From an uncultured Candidatus Actinomarina sp. (GTDB lineage Bacteria > Actinomycetota > Acidimicrobiia > Actinomarinales > Actinomarinaceae): a DNA stretch of 64,000 nucleotides. The notes below the pieces were generated by a model. The model did no database searches and was not told the DNA's origin. It saw nothing but the letters and a program-made list of their open reading frames with translations. Positions 19,909 through 28,482 of the stretch are shown in pieces. The DNA is taken from assembly GCA_902626065.1 (NCBI GenBank), contig CACODT010000001.1, forward strand, positions 84,986 to 148,985. The letters run 5' to 3'. Each line of letters begins with the position of its first letter. Within the stretch, counting starts at the first letter, position 1. A program made the position numbers and the translations under genes.

Positions 19909-21585
19909 CTATTTATCCGGTACTAGGTTTCTTACAATATTCTTAAATATTGGTGCAGCTGTAGAACCACCTGTTACATACTCTGAAATCGGGGAGCCTA
20001 GTGCACCCCATAAAATTACTGATCCAACTATTGGTCCTTCATTAGTCTCTATAAATCCAGTGAATGATGTATTAAATCGTTTATCTGAGTATCCAATTCC
20101 CTCCAGATATGTCCGGCTAGTTCCTGTTTTACCACCTATTACATAACCACTCATTCTTAAAGACTTACCTGTTCCATTGTCTCCCTCAACTACGTTAATA
20201 AGTAATTTTTTCAATCTGTCAGACAAATCATTAGAAATGATCGATTTTTGATTTACATTCTTATCTAAATTTCTCAATAATGATAGTTGAATATCTTTAC
20301 CACCATTTGCAATTATGCTGTATCCCTTTACCATTTGGTATTGAGTTGTGTTTATGGAATAACCAATTGAGAGAGAACTAAGACAGGTTTTACATGTGTT
20401 ATATTCTGTAAATGATCCTTTAGATTCTCCAGATAGCTCAACACCTGTTCTTAAACCAAACCCAAATTTTTTCAAAAATTCCTCAACATTATCAATATTA
20501 GAATTATTAACAATTTTTATAGTTCCAACATTAGAAGATCTTTCTATGATTTCTTCAACAGTAAGATATAGTGGTTCATGCTTTAAGAAATCTTTAAAGC
20601 AACCTTTAAAGCCCTCATAATTATCATCACATGATCCATCAATAATTTCTATCTCATCTTCAACTAAGTATGAATTATTCTCATCAACAATATCAGATTC
20701 AATTAAAGATCCTATGGTGAAAATTTTAAGTGCTGAACCAGGTTCGTAGTTTGCTCTTGCACTTATTAGATCAATATTAAAATATTCATTATCTAAAGAT
20801 GATGCCTCAGAAGAAATAAGAACTTCGCCTGTCAAAGAATTTGCAAAAACAACTGAACACTTAAAAGCTCCTGTATCGACTAATGCATCATTGCAGAGAT
20901 TTTCAGTTAAATATTGTAATTCAGAGTCGATAGCAAGTACTAAATCTTCTCCATGTTTTGGTTGGATTGTCTTAATCTCACCTTGTGGAATTATTGCTCC
21001 ATTTGGTGCTGATTCATACCTTAACTCACCATTTTGTCCCTGAAGATAATTATCAAAATATAATTCAAGTCCCTCTATTCCATTTCCATCTGGATCAACT
21101 AGTCCTATTAAATTAGATGTTGATTCATCATAAACATTTCTTTTATTTGATTGCTCTAAATGTATGCCTTTATAATTCCAAGACTTAATTTTTTGACCAG
21201 TTTCAAAATCAACATTGCGTTTAAGATAAAAAAAGCCAGAATTTTCTGTAATTTTTTTTAAAATTTTACTCTCATCAATTCCTAATATTGGAGACAATAC
21301 TTTTATAAAGCCTAAATCGTTTATCTCGTTTGATTTAATCGCTACATTATAAGACTGGATGCTGCTGGCTAGAACATTAAAATGTTTATCAAATATTGTT
21401 CCCCTTTTTGCTTCTAGAACCTCTACCCTTTCTCTATAAGATAAAGCTTGATCTTGAAAATGATCAGATTCGATAAATTGTAAAGAATATACTTTTTGAA
21501 TAAATAGAAATGAACCAAACAATACGAAAGAAAATATCGTTAAGAATAAAAAATTTAACTTCAATCTATTTTTATTTAATCTCAT
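19909..21585 (-). CDS. ftsI: Class B penicillin-binding protein / peptidoglycan D,D-transpeptidase FtsI
   Basis: N-terminal TM anchor. Active-site SALK (SxxK), SSN (SxN) and KTGTS (KTG) motifs in the correct order. Confidence 0.9.
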   Translation of the reverse strand: MRLNKNRLKLNFLFLTIFSFVLFGSFLFIQKVYSLQFIESDHFQDQALSYRERVEVLEAKRGTIFDKHFNVLASSIQSYNVAIKSNEINDLGFIKVLSPILGIDESKILKKITENSGFFYLKRNVDFETGQKIKSWNYKGIHLEQSNKRNVYDESTSNLIGLVDPDGNGIEGLELYFDNYLQGQNGELRYESAPNGAIIPQGEIKTIQPKHGEDLVLAIDSELQYLTENLCNDALVDTGAFKCSVVFANSLTGEVLISSEASSLDNEYFNIDLISARANYEPGSALKIFTIGSLIESDIVDENNSYLVEDEIEIIDGSCDDNYEGFKGCFKDFLKHEPLYLTVEEIIERSSNVGTIKIVNNSNIDNVEEFLKKFGFGLRTGVELSGESKGSFTEYNTCKTCLSSLSIGYSINTTQYQMVKGYSIIANGGKDIQLSLLRNLDKNVNQKSIISNDLSDRLKKLLINVVEGDNGTGKSLRMSGYVIGGKTGTSRTYLEGIGYSDKRFNTSFTGFIETNEGPIVGSVILWGALGSPISEYVTGGSTAAPIFKNIVRNLVPDK

Positions 21586-21905
21586 CTACTAAAACCCATT
21601 ACAGTAGGATTCATTTCTTCAACGTCATTAAGTTTGTATGGGGTTTCAAGATCTAAGTTCAAGTTATTAACCCTAAGCCTGACATATGATTTCAATTTGG
21701 ATAAATTTTCAATATTTTCAAACGAGTATTTCTTAATATATTCAACATTTATATTTGCTTTAGAGCGTTCGAGTTCTACAATTTCAGCATTAATTGATGA
21801 GAGTTCTTTCGAAATTTCATTTATTTTTATATTTATAAAAAGTGACAGAATAATTGATATTGATAAAAGTGAATATATTAAACGAAAAATATATTTTTTT
21901 TTCAT
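21582..21905 (-). CDS. ftsL: FtsL-like septum formation protein
   Basis: 107 aa with a single TM helix and a coiled-coil segment. Lies between rsmH and ftsI. Confidence 0.6.
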   Translation of the reverse strand: MKKKYIFRLIYSLLSISIILSLFINIKINEISKELSSINAEIVELERSKANINVEYIKKYSFENIENLSKLKSYVRLRVNNLNLDLETPYKLNDVEEMNPTVMGFSR

Positions 21906-22819
21906 AATTTAATCACATACCTTAATGTTGCAGATTTTGCCCTTGAATTAGTTTCTATTTCTTCATTGCTGGGATAATATTTTTTTTTGTTTGGAAACTT
22001 AAAACTTTTTACATTATTACAAACACATATTGCAATTGAAGGATCACAAATACAACCAACGGTTAATTCATTCATAAAATTCTTAACAATTTTATCTTCA
22101 AGAGAATGATAAGAAATACAAATTATCACACCATTTTTTGAAACTACATCTTTTATACTGTTTAATGATTTTCTTAACTCTTCCAACTCGTCATTAACTT
22201 GAATTCTGATAGCTTGAAAAATTCTTCGAATACTCTTCTCAATATAAATTGGATTCTGTTTTGGTAAAGCATCTTTAATGAGTTTTACCAAATCTTTTGT
22301 TTTGTAAACTGGTCGATTGTCTACAATTTTTTTTGCAATTGAAATAGAATATCTATCCTCTCCATAATTTTGGAAAACTAGCTTTAAATCTTCATAAGAA
22401 AATGAGTTAAGTATAGTTTCAGCTGTTAAAGATTCTTGTTGATTCATTCTCATATCTAAATCAGAATTAATTGAATATGAAAATCCTCTAGATGGTGTAT
22501 CTATTTGATGGCTTGAAACTCCAAGATCATAAAGAATTCCACTTATTGGAGTAAGTGAATTTTCATCTAAATAATCGTAAATTTTTGAAAAGTTTAATTG
22601 AACTACATTATGGTTCTTCTTTTTACTTGCGACCGAATCAAAATCTCGATCAAATCCAATCGCTGTGAATTTTTTTTCTCCATCAATAAATTCAAAATGA
22701 GATCCATCACCATAAGTTGCATCAATAAAATAACCTTCCGGAACATCTTTTAATAAAGAAGAGATTTCTTCTTTCATAACGCCAACATGTGGCATGTACC
22801 CAACCCTGTTATTGTTCAT
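21902..22819 (-). CDS. rsmH: 16S rRNA (cytosine1402-N4)-methyltransferase
   Basis: HVGVMKEE, DATYGDGSH, DLGVSSHQID and SYHSLEDKIVK motifs. Confidence 0.93.
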   Translation of the reverse strand: MNNNRVGYMPHVGVMKEEISSLLKDVPEGYFIDATYGDGSHFEFIDGEKKFTAIGFDRDFDSVASKKKNHNVVQLNFSKIYDYLDENSLTPISGILYDLGVSSHQIDTPSRGFSYSINSDLDMRMNQQESLTAETILNSFSYEDLKLVFQNYGEDRYSISIAKKIVDNRPVYKTKDLVKLIKDALPKQNPIYIEKSIRRIFQAIRIQVNDELEELRKSLNSIKDVVSKNGVIICISYHSLEDKIVKNFMNELTVGCICDPSIAICVCNNVKSFKFPNKKKYYPSNEEIETNSRAKSATLRYVIKL

Positions 22820-22905
22820 ACCCAGCTCTCTAGAACTGGCACCAATTGGAAAGTTGGGCGGAGTAAGGGTGTTCCAATTTAGTTGTCTAGAGAGCTGGCT
22901 ATGAA
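22820..22905 (-). promoter_or_regulatory. Structured RNA element in the mraZ-rsmH spacer (candidate mraW RNA motif)
   Basis: Perfect 13-bp inverted repeat ccagctctctaga (22822-22834) / tctagagagctgg (22886-22898). It encloses a second 8-bp stem, aattggaa/ttccaatt, and a C-rich ~20-nt loop. The region is locally far more GC-rich than its surroundings. It lies directly 5' of the rsmH (mraW) start, as the Actinobacteria-specific mraW motif does. Confidence 0.5.
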
Positions 22906-23370
22906 CTATCCTTTCACTTCGTTAATATTTGCAAATTCATGATCTGCTTCATTTTGAATTTTTTTCCAGGCTTTTGAAGACCAAATTTCAATAGTGTTTC
23001 CAGTACCTGTAACAGTGACGTCGCCATTAATTGGAATACTGCTGTAATCTCTTAAGTTTTCAGGAATTTGAATTCTTCCAGCTGAATCAAGCTTTGAGTC
23101 AACAGCACCACTAAATATAGCTCTTCTTAATTGACGTGATGATTTTTCAGTTACAGGAAGATCAGCCATTCTTTCTGAGAGGAGTGACCAACTCTTCTTT
23201 GTAAGTATTTGTAGACAGTTGTCTTGTCCCTTGGTGACTACACAGCCCTGTTGGAGCTCTCTTCTAAACTTCGATGGAATAACTACTCTACCCTTCGAGT
23301 CCATTGTGTGTTGATACTCACCAAGGAACACTTTTATCCGCCTTTCGTGCCTTGAACCACTTTGTGTCAT
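22906..23370 (-). CDS. mraZ: Transcriptional regulator MraZ (likely true start GTG at 23329-23331)
   Basis: FLGEYQHTMDSKGRVVIPSKFR and a second SpoVT/AbrB-like repeat (DSAGRIQIPENLR). The called ATG lies inside a TATAAT box. GTG at 23331 gives the canonical MFLGEY N-terminus. Confidence 0.9.
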   Translation of the reverse strand: MTQSGSRHERRIKVFLGEYQHTMDSKGRVVIPSKFRRELQQGCVVTKGQDNCLQILTKKSWSLLSERMADLPVTEKSSRQLRRAIFSGAVDSKLDSAGRIQIPENLRDYSSIPINGDVTVTGTGNTIEIWSSKAWKKIQNEADHEFANINEVKG

Positions 23371-23400
23371 TATATGACACTATATGACACTTTGCAACAC
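23357..23400 (-). promoter_or_regulatory. 10-bp-phased GTGT/GTGG direct repeats (candidate MraZ operator)
   Basis: The minus strand reads GTGTTGCAAA GTGTCATATA GTGTCATATA ATGACACAAA GTGGTTC. GTG(T/G) boxes fall at offsets 0, 10, 20 and 40. Two boxes match the AAAGTG(T/G) form reported for MraZ sites. Confidence 0.5.
23369..23397 (-). promoter_or_regulatory. Putative dcw-operon promoter (TTGCAA-N17-TATAAT)
   Basis: The minus strand reads gtgTTGCAAagtgtcatatagtgtcaTATAATgacac. A -35-like hexamer and a perfect -10 hexamer are separated by 17 nt, about 40 nt upstream of the GTG start of mraZ. Confidence 0.5.
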
Positions 23401-23417
23401 AATTTAAAAAAAATTTT

Positions 23418-23930
23418 TTAAGCTGAAATAAGAAATTCTTTCCATTCTGGATCAGGGTTAGAACCAATAATTGTTTTTATCCAGAAATTACCTTTTGGTA
23501 CTGAAGGAAAATCGACTAGTTTAAGAATTGTTTGGTTCAAATATTTGTCTGCTTTGATTAAATTACATTTCTTACAACAAGCAACAACGTTTTGCCATTC
23601 ATGTTCCCCACCTTTAGATTTTGGAATAATATGATCAATTGACTCGGCTTGACTGCCGCAATATTGACATACATATTTATCTCTAATAAAAATATTTTCA
23701 CGATTTAAAGCAACCCTTCTAGCGTAAGGAGCTTTTACGTAATAATTCAACGCTGCAACTTTTGGAATTGTAATTGTTGATGATTCTGATCGGAGTTCAA
23801 GATTGGATTTTTTTATTACATTAATTTTATTGGAAAGTAATAAAGAAATGGATCTCTTGGCAGATGCAATTGATAAAGGCTGATAGGTAGCGTTAAGAAT
23901 CAAAGTTCTGTGATTCCCAAAATTGTTCAT
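23418..23930 (-). CDS. Stand-alone HNH endonuclease-family protein
   Basis: CQYCG...DHIIPKSKGGEHEWQNVVACCKKCNLIK (HNH/CCCH zinc motif) preceded by the LILNATYQPL N-terminal domain. Confidence 0.8.
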   Translation of the reverse strand: MNNFGNHRTLILNATYQPLSIASAKRSISLLLSNKINVIKKSNLELRSESSTITIPKVAALNYYVKAPYARRVALNRENIFIRDKYVCQYCGSQAESIDHIIPKSKGGEHEWQNVVACCKKCNLIKADKYLNQTILKLVDFPSVPKGNFWIKTIIGSNPDPEWKEFLISA

Positions 23931-23957
23931 ATTAAGATTTTATAATAAATAAATTTA

Positions 23958-24449
23958 TTACGCTTGCAACTGCTGGGATTGTATATCATCTTCAACTCTT
24001 GTTAATAAATTAAGAAATCTTTCCTTATCAAGCTCAAACTTTGAAAGATCTTCTTCTACTTCTTTAGCGACAAAGTCTATTGTCTCAAAAAAAGCTAGTT
24101 GTCCATGTTTAAGAGCATCTAAAACTTTATTTTCTTCAATTGTGTAAATTGTTTCTCCGTCGGAACTAAGTTTAGTTTTTGATAATTGATCTTGAAGATC
24201 ACCATTTCTTGACAAATATCTCCAAGCTCTTCTAACTCTTTGGATACTCATGCCATTATCTAGTAGTGTTTTGATTACTTTTAATGAAACAATATCTCTA
24301 AATGAATATAATTTCGGCACTCCTGGTTTACCATGTGAAGACTGAATACTCGGTGATACTAGTTTTACTTTATCCCAGTAACGAAGTTGATGAGACGTAC
24401 ACCCAGAAAGATAGCATGCTTGTTTTGATGTAAATGCGTCTTTTTTCAA
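23958..24449 (-). CDS. MerR-family transcriptional regulator
   Basis: N-terminal HTH FTSKQACYLSGCTSHQLRYWDKVKLVSP. TTG start preceded by AAGGAG. Confidence 0.7.
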   Translation of the reverse strand: MKKDAFTSKQACYLSGCTSHQLRYWDKVKLVSPSIQSSHGKPGVPKLYSFRDIVSLKVIKTLLDNGMSIQRVRRAWRYLSRNGDLQDQLSKTKLSSDGETIYTIEENKVLDALKHGQLAFFETIDFVAKEVEEDLSKFELDKERFLNLLTRVEDDIQSQQLQA

Positions 24450-24498
24450 TCCCTTACTCCTTAATTAAACTCAGACGTATTATTAAATTTAATTTATA

Positions 24499-24849
24499 CT
24501 ATTTGTTTTGTCTAGAAGTATCTTTGTTTCTTACAAGCTTATAGATCTGCTTAAAATTCCATTCTTGAATATTCTCAGCATTTAATAAAGACCTTGTGTT
24601 TGTAACAAAAACATATCCGGACAAAGCCATTAATACAAATCCGACAACTGCAAATACAGCTTGAATTGTATAAGTTCCAATCATTGTGAAAAAACCAAGA
24701 ATAAAAGTAATAAAAGATATTGAAATTCTTGCTCTTGAGAAGTTCGACAAAGTCAGATTTTCAACAGCTTTTTCTAATTTAGGGTCATCTTTTGTAAGAC
24801 CCATCTCAATCTCTTTTAAAATTTCTTCTTCTTTTTTATTCAAACCCAT
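24499..24849 (-). CDS. DUF3040-family membrane protein
   Basis: N-terminal LNKKEEEILKEIEMGLTKDDPKL (the DUF3040 pattern LSexEqrxLxxIExxLxxxDPxF) followed by two TM helices. This family is commonly found upstream of mraZ in Actinobacteria. Confidence 0.7.
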   Translation of the reverse strand: MGLNKKEEEILKEIEMGLTKDDPKLEKAVENLTLSNFSRARISISFITFILGFFTMIGTYTIQAVFAVVGFVLMALSGYVFVTNTRSLLNAENIQEWNFKQIYKLVRNKDTSRQNK

Positions 24850-24890
24850 ATAGAGATTTTAATATATTCTGAAACTACTCTGTAATTAAG

Positions 24891-25439
24891 ATGAATATAT
24901 TTTTAAGACATGGAGAAGTAAAAAATCCAAAAAATATTTTATATTATGATATTCCAGGTTATGAGCTATCTGCTACAGGTAAGGAACAAGCAGCTAAAGC
25001 TGCAAAGTATATATATGAAAATTTTGATATAAGGAAAATAATAACTTCTCCCCTCCTTAGGGCGAGACAGACGTCTGAAATTGTAAATACAAAATTAAAA
25101 AAGCAAATTTTAATTTCTAACAAAATTACGGAGTGGGCAGGTTTAGTTAACTGGAAGGGATATACCTTTGATGAAATAACTAGTACTGAAGAATACAAAA
25201 TATACAATCAAGATCCTGTAATAATAAAATCCAGTGAATCTTTTCTAGAAACCTTTAAAAGAGTTAATGAGCTTTATGAATTACATGAACATACACTTTT
25301 TGTGACTCATCAAGATACTATTCGATCGTTTATGTTTTATAAATTAGGTTCTCAAGTTTTTAATGAAGATAAGCCAGGTCATTGTGATTTACAGTATATT
25401 GTGGATCAAGAATTAAAAATATATACTACCTCTGCCTAG
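24891..25439 (+). CDS. Histidine phosphatase (phosphoglycerate mutase-like) family protein
   Basis: N-terminal FLRHGE catalytic motif and a downstream SPLLRARQT motif. Confidence 0.75.
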   Translation: MNIFLRHGEVKNPKNILYYDIPGYELSATGKEQAAKAAKYIYENFDIRKIITSPLLRARQTSEIVNTKLKKQILISNKITEWAGLVNWKGYTFDEITSTEEYKIYNQDPVIIKSSESFLETFKRVNELYELHEHTLFVTHQDTIRSFMFYKLGSQVFNEDKPGHCDLQYIVDQELKIYTTSA

Positions 25440-25651
25440 GTAAGTATATTATATAAAATTATCAAAAAAATTCCAAAAAATGAACAAAAGCTAAGAACTC
25501 CAATCAACGGTTCTATTGTTTTCAATAATCTTGAATTAACTATTTTGAGATAATATGAAACAATAAATTTACTCCCAAAAAATGAGAGAAAACCTGCAAC
25601 TATAAAATATACAAAGCTAAATAACGATAACCATGGATTTACAAAATTCAT
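25436..25651 (-). CDS. Small hypothetical membrane protein (2 TM)
   Basis: 71-aa ORF with two hydrophobic helices. No recognisable family. Confidence 0.35.
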   Translation of the reverse strand: MNFVNPWLSLFSFVYFIVAGFLSFFGSKFIVSYYLKIVNSRLLKTIEPLIGVLSFCSFFGIFLIILYNILT

Positions 25652-25908
25652 CTTATATTACAATAATCTTGGATATGATATTTAGTAAAAAATTTAAGTT
25701 TATTGTTTACTTCACAGTCATTCTTCTATCAATCTACATTGGATATATATTAGGAATCACATTTTGCTCCGAGAATTGCCAATTAACTATTCTTTTAAAT
25801 ATTTCAATAACAATTTTTGTAATGGTTGGTGGAGTATTTACATTAGTTCGCTTGTCAGAAAAGTCTATTACAGAATGGAATAATGATAATTATTATGAAA
25901 AAGATTGA
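25633..25908 (+). CDS. Small hypothetical membrane protein (2 TM); start may be the internal ATG near 25675
   Basis: 91-aa ORF with two hydrophobic helices. No recognisable family. Confidence 0.35.
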   Translation: MDLQNSSYITIILDMIFSKKFKFIVYFTVILLSIYIGYILGITFCSENCQLTILLNISITIFVMVGGVFTLVRLSEKSITEWNNDNYYEKD

Positions 25909-26912
25909 ATCGCTTTTATGACTTTTTTAATGTCTTTCTGGCTATTATCTTTGTGAAAAACGAAACGTACAACTTTTTCTCTTAAATAGCCAGCTTTTAT
26001 ATTTTCTTTCAGTAAATTTTCCAAAAATTTATCAGACTTTATTACACTATCAAAATGCAATAGGAGCATATTTGTCCCCTTGTAAGTTGTAGAGTTTAAA
26101 CCATCAACTTTATTTACTTTCAATTTTATTACATCAAAAACTTCTTTTGCTTTTTTGTGATCATCCAATAATTTATTACGATTTTCTAATGCAAATTTTG
26201 CAGCTGATGCGATTACTCCTACCTGCCTCATACCACCACCTATTTTTTTTCTATATTCCCTTGAGTCTTCTATGAACTTTTTTGATCCAAGAAGAATTGA
26301 TCCTATAGGCGCACCTAAACCTTTGGAAAAACAAAAAGTTAAACTATCACAAAAATCCCCATAGTTGGTTTTTTCTTCCTCTAAGATTGCGTGCCATATT
26401 CTTGCTCCGTCAATATGTAGTTTCAAATTTTTTTTGGAAGTAAAAGTATATAATTTTTCGATAAACTCAAAAGGAATTATTGAACCTCCAGAAGATAGAT
26501 GAGTATTTTCTATTGCTACAGTGCTTATTTTTGGTTTATGATACAAAGACTTACTAATCTGCTTTTCTAAATCTTCAAAGTTAAAAACTCCGTCATCATG
26601 CTCAACGTTCCTAAACTGAATTCTTGATAAAAAAGATGCTGCACCATGTTCATAGTTTTTTATATGAGAATCTGAAGTAGTTAAAACTTCCTCTCCAGGA
26701 TTTGTATGGTTTAATAATGAAATTTGATTACCCATTAAGCCTGAAGTGACAAATAATCCATCTTCAAATCCTAATAAATCTGCAGTGAACTCTTCTAGCT
26801 CGTTTACAGTTGGATCCTCTTTATACTCATCATCTCCGACATCCGCATGCATAATTGTTTCAAGCATCTCTTTTGATGGCTTTGTTACAGTATCGGATCT
26901 AATATCAATCAT
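25893..26912 (-). CDS. ltaE: Low-specificity L-threonine aldolase
   Basis: IDIRSDTVTKP, DVGDDEYKEDPTVNELE and FCFSKGLGAPIGS (PLP lysine) motifs. Confidence 0.85.
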   Translation of the reverse strand: MIDIRSDTVTKPSKEMLETIMHADVGDDEYKEDPTVNELEEFTADLLGFEDGLFVTSGLMGNQISLLNHTNPGEEVLTTSDSHIKNYEHGAASFLSRIQFRNVEHDDGVFNFEDLEKQISKSLYHKPKISTVAIENTHLSSGGSIIPFEFIEKLYTFTSKKNLKLHIDGARIWHAILEEEKTNYGDFCDSLTFCFSKGLGAPIGSILLGSKKFIEDSREYRKKIGGGMRQVGVIASAAKFALENRNKLLDDHKKAKEVFDVIKLKVNKVDGLNSTTYKGTNMLLLHFDSVIKSDKFLENLLKENIKAGYLREKVVRFVFHKDNSQKDIKKVIKAIQSFS

Positions 26913-26915
26913 TTT

Positions 26916-27608
26916 CTAATTCAAGCAGTGTTTCTGTATCTCATCAATTTGTTTATCAAATGATTTAGATTCACTCAAAACATAAATAATTTCAAAACCA
27001 AGACCTATATCAACATCTTTTTCTGTGAATTTAAAGTTTTTTGTGCAATAACTTACCCTGAAGTTTTTATTGTAAGTATTTTCAAAAATTTTTATCTTAT
27101 CAATTAATTTATCAATGCTTCCCTGCCATTGATTAATTCCCAAAGAATATTTTAATGAGAGATCCTTTAACGCATTAGAACTACCACCAATTATTAAATT
27201 TATATTGTTTTTAAGATATCTACTATCCTTGATTATTTCTTTTATTACTTGCTCGATGTTATTTTGGTATAAAATGTCTTGTTTTTCATACTTTTGGTCA
27301 CCAATTCCTATTCCTAAATTAAAATTGGGAATTTCAAGAAATGGCAAGAGGTATTTATTAAAAAGAATTGGTCTTCTTCTTTTTCTAATATTCAAAACCA
27401 TTGTGCCAATATCAAAATTTCTTTCATAACTATTTAGGTTAGATATTGCCTCCCTTAGTTTGTATACAGGTGAATCTCTTTTTTCTGGATTTACGTTGTG
27501 GTCAAATACATAAACTGACTTAATATCTAATTCATTAAGTTTTTCAATTTTTCTTTTATGATCGTCTTGAAAAAATGAACCATTTAAAAGGATCGATTTA
27601 TTATTCAC
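26916..27608 (-). CDS. Hypothetical protein, weakly LLM (luciferase-like)/TIM-barrel-like
   Basis: Only faint resemblance (LGIGIGDQKYE, LIIGGSSNALKDLSLKYSLGINQW) to LLM-class oxidoreductases. At 230 aa it is shorter than typical members. Confidence 0.3.
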   Translation of the reverse strand: MNNKSILLNGSFFQDDHKRKIEKLNELDIKSVYVFDHNVNPEKRDSPVYKLREAISNLNSYERNFDIGTMVLNIRKRRRPILFNKYLLPFLEIPNFNLGIGIGDQKYEKQDILYQNNIEQVIKEIIKDSRYLKNNINLIIGGSSNALKDLSLKYSLGINQWQGSIDKLIDKIKIFENTYNKNFRVSYCTKNFKFTEKDVDIGLGFEIIYVLSESKSFDKQIDEIQKHCLN

Positions 27609-28482
27609 TATTTAAAGCTAGCAATGCTGAGCCTAATAATCCTGCATCTGCCCTTGATTTACTCAATATAATCTCAGGAAATGCTCTAGAAGGAAATTCA
27701 AAATTTAGTTTTATATATTCTTTTATTAGTAAAAGAAAATCATAAGGATTTTGAGTCATGCTTCCTCCAATAACAAACAATTCATTATCAAATAATTCAA
27801 ATAAGGAAACTAAACCTCTTGATGTATATTTAATTATTTTTTCTCTTTCAAGTTTTTCGTTATCTTCAAGATTAATAGATTGATCAAACAATAGAGATCC
27901 AACTTTCTTTTCTTTAAATCTTTTCGAGAGTTCAGAATTTTTATTTTGTTGATATAAATCATTACATTTACTCGTCCATGCTTTTGCTGAAATTATATCT
28001 TCTAAATTAGAATTTTCTTTAATTAAGATGTGTCCAATTTCGCCTGCATTTCCTCCCCCTTTATAAATTTTTGAATCAGTGATAATACCTCCGCCAATAC
28101 CTGTACCGAATGTAAGCATTATGACGTTTTTATATTTATCACTCAAATTTAAAACAAACTCTGAATAAGCAGCTAAATTTCCATCATTTTCAATATAGAA
28201 TTTTTTTTCATTAAAAAATTCGAGCTTTTTAAAATCGATTGAGAATTTCATATTTGTACCATATCTAAATACATAGTTATCCCTATCAATAAATCCAGGC
28301 ATGCCAAAGGAAACCTTATCACATTTATCTTTTCTTGCTTTATGAATTTCTTCTATTAATGAAATAAAAGATTCTTCATTTTTTGGTGTATCTTCGGTAA
28401 ATTTTTCCTGTATTTCTAAATCTTTTTTTACAAGTCCGGCTTTAATTGTTGTTCCACCAACGTCAAAAGATAAAATATTCAT
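27601..28482 (-). CDS. ROK-family sugar kinase (glucokinase-like)
   Basis: FDVGGTTIKAGLV, GTGIGGGII and GNAGEIGH motifs. The usual CxCGxxGC zinc motif after the GH is absent. Confidence 0.7.
   Translation of the reverse strand: MNILSFDVGGTTIKAGLVKKDLEIQEKFTEDTPKNEESFISLIEEIHKARKDKCDKVSFGMPGFIDRDNYVFRYGTNMKFSIDFKKLEFFNEKKFYIENDGNLAAYSEFVLNLSDKYKNVIMLTFGTGIGGGIITDSKIYKGGGNAGEIGHILIKENSNLEDIISAKAWTSKCNDLYQQNKNSELSKRFKEKKVGSLLFDQSINLEDNEKLEREKIIKYTSRGLVSLFELFDNELFVIGGSMTQNPYDFLLLIKEYIKLNFEFPSRAFPEIILSKSRADAGLLGSALLALNSE

Noticed and set aside
23418-23930. The HNH endonuclease as part of a restriction, defence or homing mobile element.
   Set aside because: There is no adjacent methyltransferase, ATPase, integrase, repeats or compositional break. 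It is a small stand-alone HNH protein embedded co-directionally in a housekeeping gene string.
25633-25651. Divergent small membrane-protein genes whose start codons appear to overlap by 19 nt.
   Set aside because: The plus-strand gene has an in-frame ATG near 25675 (MIFSKKFKF...) that removes the overlap. Both genes are weakly supported, so the overlap is probably an ORF-calling artefact.
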